Shown here: positions 39,689 through 47,616 of the stretch, in pieces
How the letters are laid out: each line of letters opens with the position of its first letter
Position numbering within the stretch: the first letter of the stretch is position 1
Translations under genes and position numbers: made by a program
The notes under the pieces: model-generated
What the model saw: the letters and a program-made list of their open reading frames with translations, nothing else
Databases searched by the model: none
What the model was told of the DNA's origin: nothing
Source of the DNA: Promethearchaeia archaeon
GTDB lineage: Archaea; Asgardarchaeota; Lokiarchaeia; Sigyniarchaeales; SOKP01
Length of the DNA: 64,000 bases
NCBI GenBank assembly: GCA_029856155.1
Contig: JAHQWL010000055.1
Location: 32,001 to 96,000, forward strand
Reading direction: 5' to 3'

Positions 39689-41221
39689 ATGTTTGATGAA
39701 AATATGGAAAGAACTAAAATAATTGATATAAAAGCAGGTAAAATTCAAGGTATTAAAGACGACGGTATAGAAATATTTAAAGGAATACCTTATGCCGAAA
39801 GAGTGGTAGGAGATTTACGGTTTAAACCCCCTGTTCCCGCGAAGCGCCTTCCGGGAGTACTTTTGGCAACTGAATTTGGCCCTATTTGTCCTCAAGTTAT
39901 CTCTCCAAAATTGATAAGTCCACCGAATCCGCAAAGTGAACCCGATTGTCTTAACTTGAATATTTGGACACCTTCTACCGATCGGGATAAACGTCCAGTA
40001 ATGGTCTGGATCCACGGTGGAGGATTAAGAAACCATAGCGCACGTTCATACGACGGTACATTCCTAGTCAAAAGGGGAAATGTGGTTGTAGTTACATTTA
40101 ACTACAGATTAAATGCTTTAGGATTTTCGTTTATACCGGGTATCTCTACCGCCCCGTTAGGACTACTCGACCAAATTACAGCATTGAAGTGGGTTCGTGA
40201 TAATATCGAAAGTTTTGGAGGGGATGCTGACAACATAACAATTTTTGGTGAAAGCGCTGGAGGTTGGTCAGTATCAACATTATTAGCAATGCCCGAAGCT
40301 AAAGGTCTTTTCCATCGAGCGATAGCTCAAAGTGGAGCTTGCAATCCTGCGGGTTTCAGAGCTTCAGAAGGTAAAGATATAAGCAAGCGTATGCTTTCAG
40401 AAGTGGGGATTCAAAAAGGTGATATCGAGGCACTTCTCAAAATTTCCGCATACGAACTCGTTCATGCTGAATCAAAAGTATGGGAAGAAAAATTAAAAGA
40501 AAAGCATTGGCCTCTTACAACTCCTCCCTACATAGATGGGGAGTATATTCCCGAACATCCTCTAGACTTGATTCGTAAGGGTCCTGCAGCAGAAGTTGAT
40601 CTGTTAGTTGGAACAAATTTAAATGAATCCTCCTCGATGAAACCAGATGATAATAATAATTTCAAGGAAGTAAGTGAAAATGGAATGCATAATTGGATAA
40701 AATTTGTGATGAAAACTCTTGGTCAAGATGAAGATAAAGCAGAAAGCTTAATAAATGCATATAGAGAAACAAGGAAAGATGAAGGTTCTCTATCCGCCCA
40801 AAAAGTCCTAGATGCATTTCTCACCGATTTTGAATTTCACATTTCTGCCATTCGAACAGCCGAGGCTCAGTCTATGCAGAATCCTAACACTTTTATGTAT
40901 TTGTTTACATGGCCCTCCTCGATTATGGATGGAATATTTGGTTCCTTTCACACTTTAGAAATACCCTTCGTATTTGGGATGTTGGATGATCCATATTGGA
41001 GTATATTTGTAGATACGAGTGAAGAAGCGAGGAAACTCAGCGAAAAGATTATGGATTCATGGATAGCGTTTGCTCGAACGGGAAATCCTTCTCACAATGG
41101 TATACCAGAATGGCCTCAATATGACACGGAAAAACGAAGTACAATGATTTTAGGTAAGGAGATAAAAGTAGTTGATGATCCATATGGAAAAGAAAGAATA
41201 GCTTGGGATGGAATTATGTAA
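39689..41221 (+). CDS. Type-B carboxylesterase
   Basis: FKGIPYA, DCLNLNIW, WIHGGG, GESAG nucleophile, HTLE, FARTGNP. Confidence 0.93.
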   Translation: MFDENMERTKIIDIKAGKIQGIKDDGIEIFKGIPYAERVVGDLRFKPPVPAKRLPGVLLATEFGPICPQVISPKLISPPNPQSEPDCLNLNIWTPSTDRDKRPVMVWIHGGGLRNHSARSYDGTFLVKRGNVVVVTFNYRLNALGFSFIPGISTAPLGLLDQITALKWVRDNIESFGGDADNITIFGESAGGWSVSTLLAMPEAKGLFHRAIAQSGACNPAGFRASEGKDISKRMLSEVGIQKGDIEALLKISAYELVHAESKVWEEKLKEKHWPLTTPPYIDGEYIPEHPLDLIRKGPAAEVDLLVGTNLNESSSMKPDDNNNFKEVSENGMHNWIKFVMKTLGQDEDKAESLINAYRETRKDEGSLSAQKVLDAFLTDFEFHISAIRTAEAQSMQNPNTFMYLFTWPSSIMDGIFGSFHTLEIPFVFGMLDDPYWSIFVDTSEEARKLSEKIMDSWIAFARTGNPSHNGIPEWPQYDTEKRSTMILGKEIKVVDDPYGKERIAWDGIM

Positions 41222-41331
41222 TTTTATGTATATTGAATAAGTGAATTTCATTGAAGGGTTCAAATGTAGAAAAAATGACCCAAATTTGATCCAGGATTAT
41301 ATTGCTCTAATTTTAAGTAATAAAAGAATCA

Positions 41332-42075
41332 TTAACTTTTTTTAAACCTTATAAAAAAGGTTTCTCCATTTACATCCTGTTCTATAACATTAAAACCAAC
41401 TTTTTTACCTAGATCTAAATAACGTTCTAAGTTGTATTTTTTCCCCCACCTAGTTCCATAACCAGTTGTTATTTTCTTTTTCCCAATATCTACTTCTAAT
41501 TTAACTGCATAAGTATCTTTTTCTGTTTCAGGTCTATCTGGAATAGTGAGATCCCAAAGAAAAAGCTCTCCTTTCGATTTTAGAACTCGATATGCTTCTT
41601 TAAGGACTTTCTTTTGATCTGGTTTTGATATATACATCATAGTAAAAAATATAGCAACAGTATCAAACGCCTCATCTAGGAATTTCAGATCCTTTCCATC
41701 CATAATAATTTTCACACAGTCACTTTCTGCTTCTTTAAGCTCCCTTTCAGAAGGATCTATTGATATAACATTAGGACCAGCGAATTGCCCGATAATTCCT
41801 TCTCCACCTCCTCCAATATCTAGAATTCGTCCTTTTAACAGGATCTTTTTTAAATCAATCTGATGGAGTTCAGAAAAATAAATATCTTTATAGATTACTT
41901 CTTCTTCAAATTTATCTATTGCTTCATTAGTAGCATACCAGTGATCTTCAATCTTTATACCTTGAATTTTATTGTTTTGAAAATGAGTCTGAATCTCATC
42001 TTGACTTAAACGATTATGAAGCATTCCACATATTTCTGAAATATCGTAATATTTCTCCCCATCAACTTCTCTCAT
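41332..42075 (-). CDS. Class I SAM-dependent methyltransferase with an N-terminal excisionase-type HTH-like domain
   Basis: ILDIGGGGEG, FD...EAYRVLK; N-terminus YYDISEICGML...KIQGIKIEDHWY. Confidence 0.75.
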   Translation of the reverse strand: MREVDGEKYYDISEICGMLHNRLSQDEIQTHFQNNKIQGIKIEDHWYATNEAIDKFEEEVIYKDIYFSELHQIDLKKILLKGRILDIGGGGEGIIGQFAGPNVISIDPSERELKEAESDCVKIIMDGKDLKFLDEAFDTVAIFFTMMYISKPDQKKVLKEAYRVLKSKGELFLWDLTIPDRPETEKDTYAVKLEVDIGKKKITTGYGTRWGKKYNLERYLDLGKKVGFNVIEQDVNGETFFIRFKKS

Positions 42076-42162
42076 ATAATCACTTGAGATTTTATAACAG
42101 CAAAGGACTATAATATTTTATAGTTTTTAAATTTGGCAAAACTAATTAAAAAAAGTTTTTTT

Positions 42163-42723
42163 CTATTTTCTTATCTTAGGTTTGAAGATGATTGATGGTT
42201 TTATTTTATCTAAGTATTTAAAACCTTCTGCTTCATGCGTTTTACCATATTTTTCTTGCAGTAAACTTAGCGGAGCTACATCAAGTGCGAACATAGGGCA
42301 GGATTCAACGCAAATAGTTTGTTTTCCTTTTTCAAGGCGTTCTATACAAAAATTACATTTTTCCATTTTTGAATTTTCTTCATTTTGAAACTGGGGAACA
42401 TCCCATGGGCAAGCTTTTAGGCATTTTGAGCCGCATTCTTTCTTTCCCAGACATTTTTCGGTTACCACATCTACAATTCCATCAGATTCCCTTTTAATTA
42501 TTGCTTTCGTTGGACAAGCTTTTAAACACGGAGGATCTGCACAGTGATGACATGAAGTAGATAAATAGGCTAAAAATAAGTTAGGAAATGTTCCATGTTC
42601 TATGATTTTTATTGCTCTCCAATTAACTCCCACCGGTAAGTCATTCCAATCTTTGCATGCAACTACGCATGTATAACAACCCGTGCACCTAGTTTGATCA
42701 AAATAGAATCCCATTTGTTTCAT
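42163..42723 (-). CDS. dmsB: DMSO-reductase-family Fe-S subunit
   Basis: FYFDQTRCTGCYTCVVACKDWN, SCHHCADPPC..ACP, KCNFC, CVESCP. Confidence 0.9.
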   Translation of the reverse strand: MKQMGFYFDQTRCTGCYTCVVACKDWNDLPVGVNWRAIKIIEHGTFPNLFLAYLSTSCHHCADPPCLKACPTKAIIKRESDGIVDVVTEKCLGKKECGSKCLKACPWDVPQFQNEENSKMEKCNFCIERLEKGKQTICVESCPMFALDVAPLSLLQEKYGKTHEAEGFKYLDKIKPSIIFKPKIRK

Positions 42724-45014
42724 AATTTCAACTCTTTTTCGTTAGAGGGTGATAATTCTATTTCTATAAGAGTGCTATTTAAAGGAAACGAACCTCCTGG
42801 AGAATAACCATCTTGTGTTAACACATTAGCGCATCCACCGAGATCTATACCTTCCTTATTTGGATTATACCATGCTCCCTGATAAACACATACAGCTCCT
42901 GGAATTATTCGCTCAGTGACTTTAGCAGGAATTCTTGTTCTACCTCGATCATTATAAATATCTATCAAATCTCGATTATTTATATTACGTTTTGAGGCAT
43001 CAATAGGATTTATCCAAGCATGATGTGGTTCTATCTCTTGTAACCATGGAATATTATGCAATGTTGAGTGAGTCCTTCTTTTATTATGAGGGGTAAGAAG
43101 TTGCAATGGAAATCTCTTCGCTTTAGGAGAATCATAATGTTCTTCATGGGTTAAATACTTAGGAATTGGAGGCATTAAGGGATTATTTTTCTCTGCTATA
43201 TGCTCACAATAAATTTCAATTTTACCGGATAATGTAGGAAAAGGATAATTATCTGGGTCTTCTATTTCCTCTTTAAAGGCAACAAAAGGCTCTTCTACTT
43301 TAACTTTATAATATCCATCTCTTTTCATTTTATTATAACTTTTAATATCTTTACGGGGAGCGCTTAATATTCTTAATATTTGGTCTTCTGGTAAATCTAA
43401 TAGACTCTTTTCGATGCTCAATTTCTTTGATAATTCTTTGCATATTTCTAAATCTGATTTTGATTCATATAAAGAATCTATTGCTTTGTTTAAATAAATA
43501 TAGTAAGGAGAACCAAGCCAAGGAACGGCAATGTCATTACGTTCCATGAACGTGTTTACGGGTAAAACAATATCTGCTAATTGAGCAGTAGGTGTCATAA
43601 ACTGTTCATAAACGACTATAAAGTCAAGGGATTTTAATGCCTTGACACCCTTATTTACATCACCATATTGATTTAAACGATTGGTTCCAGCAATATAAGC
43701 CATTTTAATGTCTGCGGGATAACCTCCTTTACGACCTTCCAATATAGCATTGTAATAATCATTCCAATGAATACGGGTACTAGCGGGATTAGTTCCTCCC
43801 TTTAATTTGTATAAACTATCTTCACGTGGAGGGACACCAAAATCAACTGGATTATCTTGAAGTCTTGGTTTTTTAGGTTTTTCATCTTCTGGCTTGATTG
43901 GTCCAGACTTTTTTTTCCCCCCTGTAACGATTCTTTCACGACTATAATATGCTCGCATAAAACCAGATGCATATCCTCCGTGTATTCCAATATTACCAGT
44001 TATTGCACATAGGATATTTGCTGCTCGTGAATATTGTTCACCAAACATTGTTCTGGCAGGACCCCATCCGGCAATAAGAGCAGCGGGTTTTCTTGTAGCA
44101 TATTCTCTAGCTAAATTTATTATTGTCTTAGATGGTACTTTGGTAATCTTTTCTGCCCATTCAGGAGTTTTCGGTTGTCTATCTTGAATTCCAAGAATAT
44201 ACTCTTTATATCTATCAAAACCAATAGTAAATTTTTCGATGAATGTTTGATTATGTAAATTTTCAGAGATAATCACATATGCCATAGCATTCAGCATAGC
44301 TGTATCCGTACCAGGACGAATAGGAATCCATTCATGAGCAAGAACCGCAGCAGAATCTGTAAATATAGGATCAACAGCTATAATTTTTATTCCCTTTTCT
44401 CGAGCTTTGGCTAACCATAAACTAGTGCCAGGATCCCAAATTGTATTTGCTGGATTCCATCCCCACATTATAATTAGCTTCGAGTTAAGTAAATCTTCTC
44501 GAGCATTACCTGTCATCATTGTTCCATAGGTAGCCATAGAGGCAAAAAGAGCACCTTCATAGGAAGGAGCACCCCACATTCTAGTATATCCTCCAATCTG
44601 ATGAAGCATTAAAGCATGAGGGGTTATACCATGAAGCATCCCTTGATTTCCTCCCCCAGGGACTAGCAAAATTGCTGAATTACCATAATCTTTTTTAATT
44701 TTTTTTATATTTGAAGCTACTTCATCCAAAGCTTCCTCCCAAGAGATTCTTTCAAAAATACCCTCACCTCTCTCACCAGCACGACGTAAAGGATATTTAA
44801 GTCTCTCATCTGAATAAACTCGTTGTCTATAGGCTCTGCCTCGTAAACAAGCTCTTAATTGTGGTTCTTCTTCATTATCCGTTTCAATTCTTATAATTTT
44901 TCCATCTTTTACGTGAGCTTTTAGAACACAACGACCACCACAATCATGACAGCATCCAGTATTAATTATTTCCACTTTGTTTTTTTCTTCTGCTATTTTA
45001 TTCCAACCATCCAT
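42720..45014 (-). CDS. dmsA: Molybdo/tungsto-bisPGD oxidoreductase catalytic subunit, DmsA-like, no Tat signal
   Basis: CCHDCGGRC...CLRG, RLKYP, ISWEEAL, WGWNP, PGTD, ADIVLP, RTHS, INPIDA. Confidence 0.88.
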   Translation of the reverse strand: MDGWNKIAEEKNKVEIINTGCCHDCGGRCVLKAHVKDGKIIRIETDNEEEPQLRACLRGRAYRQRVYSDERLKYPLRRAGERGEGIFERISWEEALDEVASNIKKIKKDYGNSAILLVPGGGNQGMLHGITPHALMLHQIGGYTRMWGAPSYEGALFASMATYGTMMTGNAREDLLNSKLIIMWGWNPANTIWDPGTSLWLAKAREKGIKIIAVDPIFTDSAAVLAHEWIPIRPGTDTAMLNAMAYVIISENLHNQTFIEKFTIGFDRYKEYILGIQDRQPKTPEWAEKITKVPSKTIINLAREYATRKPAALIAGWGPARTMFGEQYSRAANILCAITGNIGIHGGYASGFMRAYYSRERIVTGGKKKSGPIKPEDEKPKKPRLQDNPVDFGVPPREDSLYKLKGGTNPASTRIHWNDYYNAILEGRKGGYPADIKMAYIAGTNRLNQYGDVNKGVKALKSLDFIVVYEQFMTPTAQLADIVLPVNTFMERNDIAVPWLGSPYYIYLNKAIDSLYESKSDLEICKELSKKLSIEKSLLDLPEDQILRILSAPRKDIKSYNKMKRDGYYKVKVEEPFVAFKEEIEDPDNYPFPTLSGKIEIYCEHIAEKNNPLMPPIPKYLTHEEHYDSPKAKRFPLQLLTPHNKRRTHSTLHNIPWLQEIEPHHAWINPIDASKRNINNRDLIDIYNDRGRTRIPAKVTERIIPGAVCVYQGAWYNPNKEGIDLGGCANVLTQDGYSPGGSFPLNSTLIEIELSPSNEKELKL

Positions 45015-45112
45015 ATTATTTTACACCTAACTTAACTAGAAAAATAAACGATGTTTAAATACTTTTCATGAAATGGATTAATGATAGTTTGATCACTATT
45101 TTATCTATACTT

Positions 45113-45189
45113 GAGAGAGAAAATCGAGAAGATCATAGATTATAAATAACTTCACACATTCTCAACAGGAATCTCTTCTCGTCTCTCTC
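45113..45189. repeat. GA/TC-rich inverted repeat (long hairpin with a bulge)
   Basis: gagagaga-aaat-cgagaaga (45113-45132) pairs with tcttctcg-tctctctc (45174-45189). Confidence 0.7.
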
Positions 45190-45325
45190 TATTCTATGAA
45201 ATGTTTTATATTATTATTTTAATTTTATTGGTTAGTCAGGATGTGAATAATAAAACCTTAAAAATATATATGAATTTTTTAAATAGGGTTATTATATTAC
45301 ACTTAAATTAGCTATTTGATATTTT

Positions 45326-47527
45326 ATGACTATATTTAATACAATTCCAGATAAGCTTCCTGCATGGTATTTAAATGATTTAAAAAAAGAAAAATATGAT
45401 GACGTTATTCTTTTTGCTTTAGCTGTTTTTGGATCTCATAGTTTAGAAGAACTTGTGAATGATCCAAGCAAATCTATTAATAATCGAATGGAAGAGAAAT
45501 TATTTCATAAATGGGCAGAGAAATTAATAGATGATAATTATATTGAGAAATATGAGAAGTTTGAAAAGACATATTATAAAATAAGGTCCAAGGGTAAAGA
45601 TAGGGTTATGAAACTTACAAATAATCCGATTGTAAAACAAGTTATAAAAGGTTTTAATGAATTAATAGGAATTTCTCCAGTCAATCAAGAAATACAATCT
45701 AAATCTCTTTTTGATTATAAAATTTCCTATCAAGATTATATTTTTGGTCTATTATCAATAATCTGGCGTATTACTCACATCATTAATGCTGGAGCTGCTC
45801 GGAATAAAATAAAACCTGAGTTGAAAATTTCTCTTGGCAAATCTTTAGAAGAGAATGCTATTAATTTTGCAAACAATGTAGCAATTCAGTATGAAGACAT
45901 TCAATATACTTATAAAGAAATGAATGAAAGGATAAACCAATATGCTAACTTCTTCCTATCCTTGGGTTTAAAAAAAGGAGATATAATGAATGTTTTTTTA
46001 GAAAACAGACCTGAATTGCTGTTTATAATAGGAGCAATGTCTAAAATTGGTACCATTGCTTCATTAATTAATACCCGTCAACGATCTGCTACACTTTCTC
46101 ATAGTCTACGATTAAATCCTGTTAAGCTTTATATTATTGGAGAAGAACTGTATGAAGCATTTGAAGAAGTAAAACCAAATTTAGGATTATCTAATGAAGA
46201 ACAGTTATTTTTCTTACCAGATAAGAATCAAATGGAACTCCCTAATGGGTATATTGATCTAGCAGAGGAAGTAAAAGATCTAGATATTAAAAATCCTCCC
46301 ACCACAACAGAAATGATAGGAAACGATACTTATGCTTATATTTTTACCTCTGGGACAAGTGGTCTTCCAAAAGCAGCCCCCATGAAGAACATTCATATGA
46401 TCAGTGCTATGAATGGATGGGGAATTGTTGCTATGCATATGCAGCCTGAAGATGTTGTTTATATTTCCCTTCCATTATTTCATAGTAATGCTATTCATAT
46501 TGGATGGGCTTCAGCTCTCGCAGGCGGTTCGACAATAGCGCTAGCACGTAGATTTAGTGTTAAAAATTTCTGGAAAGATGTTATAAAATACAAGGTGACT
46601 TGTTTCAATTATATTGGAGAAATCTGTCGTTATCTTTATAATCAACCACCAAGTCCAGAGGAAAGAAATCATAGAGTATATAAGATCTGTGGGAATGGTC
46701 TTAGACCAGAAATATGGAAAGAATTTAAAGAAAGATTTGGTATAAGAGAAGTTTATGAACACTATGGAATGACTGAAATGAATAGTATGTTCTGTAATTA
46801 TTTTAATTTAGATTGTACAGTAGGATTTAATTTTTCTCAATATTCTATAGTTAAATATGATGTTGTAAATAATGAACCAATTAAAAGTGATAATGGTTTC
46901 CTTCAAGAAGTTAATGAGGGTGAAGTAGGTTTAGTATTAATGAAAATGGGGGATGAATATATTTTTACTGGTTATAGTTCTAAAGATGAGACAGAGAAAA
47001 AATTAACTCGTGATGCATTTGAAATAGGAGATTTATGGTACAACACAGGAGATATGCTTAGAAATATTGGTTATAAACATGCCCAATTTGTTGATAGACT
47101 TGGAGATACATTCCGTTGGAAAGGTGAAAATGTATCCACATCAGAAATTGAAGATATAGTTGTATCTTTTCAACAAGTTGAACACGCTTCTGTTTATGGG
47201 GTTGAAATTCCAGGAACTGAAGGACGTGCAGGTATGGTGTCGATAATGGCAACATTAGATCATAAAGAATTTAATTTTGATAGCTTTCTAATAACTTTAA
47301 AAGAAAACTTACCACCATATGCTATTCCTAAATTTGTACGATTTTTAGCGGAATTATCCACAACAAGTACTTATAAGATTCAAAAATTTGATATGAAAAA
47401 AGTTGGATTTGATATTAATAAAACGAGTGATCCAGTTTATGTACTATTACCGGAAAATCCAAATTATACACTTTTAACACAAGAGATATACAAAAATATA
47501 CTAAATTTAAAATATCGTAAATTTTGA
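45326..47527 (+). CDS. FATP/SLC27-like very-long-chain acyl-CoA synthetase with an N-terminal winged-helix-like extension
   Basis: YIFTSGTSGLPKAA, YIGEICRYL, GNGLR, DRLGDTFRWKGENVST, EGRAGM; extra ~130 aa at the N-terminus. Confidence 0.9.
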   Translation: MTIFNTIPDKLPAWYLNDLKKEKYDDVILFALAVFGSHSLEELVNDPSKSINNRMEEKLFHKWAEKLIDDNYIEKYEKFEKTYYKIRSKGKDRVMKLTNNPIVKQVIKGFNELIGISPVNQEIQSKSLFDYKISYQDYIFGLLSIIWRITHIINAGAARNKIKPELKISLGKSLEENAINFANNVAIQYEDIQYTYKEMNERINQYANFFLSLGLKKGDIMNVFLENRPELLFIIGAMSKIGTIASLINTRQRSATLSHSLRLNPVKLYIIGEELYEAFEEVKPNLGLSNEEQLFFLPDKNQMELPNGYIDLAEEVKDLDIKNPPTTTEMIGNDTYAYIFTSGTSGLPKAAPMKNIHMISAMNGWGIVAMHMQPEDVVYISLPLFHSNAIHIGWASALAGGSTIALARRFSVKNFWKDVIKYKVTCFNYIGEICRYLYNQPPSPEERNHRVYKICGNGLRPEIWKEFKERFGIREVYEHYGMTEMNSMFCNYFNLDCTVGFNFSQYSIVKYDVVNNEPIKSDNGFLQEVNEGEVGLVLMKMGDEYIFTGYSSKDETEKKLTRDAFEIGDLWYNTGDMLRNIGYKHAQFVDRLGDTFRWKGENVSTSEIEDIVVSFQQVEHASVYGVEIPGTEGRAGMVSIMATLDHKEFNFDSFLITLKENLPPYAIPKFVRFLAELSTTSTYKIQKFDMKKVGFDINKTSDPVYVLLPENPNYTLLTQEIYKNILNLKYRKF

Positions 47528-47581
47528 TTCGAAATTGAATCATAAATTTAAAATTAGAATATTACTTTCCATTATATAAGT

Positions 47582-47600
47582 TAAATGTACATATATAATT
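47582..47600 (+). repeat. 19-bp direct repeat, copy 1 (taaatgtacatatataatt)
   Basis: Exact match to 50631-50649. Confidence 0.8.
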
Positions 47601-47616
47601 TAAGTAGGAAATTACC

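Noticed and set aside
39574-41255. tgaatt(t)tcattgaa on both sides of the carboxylesterase gene as possible att sites
   Set aside because: Short, imperfect and AT-rich; not distinguishable from chance without a genome-wide test.
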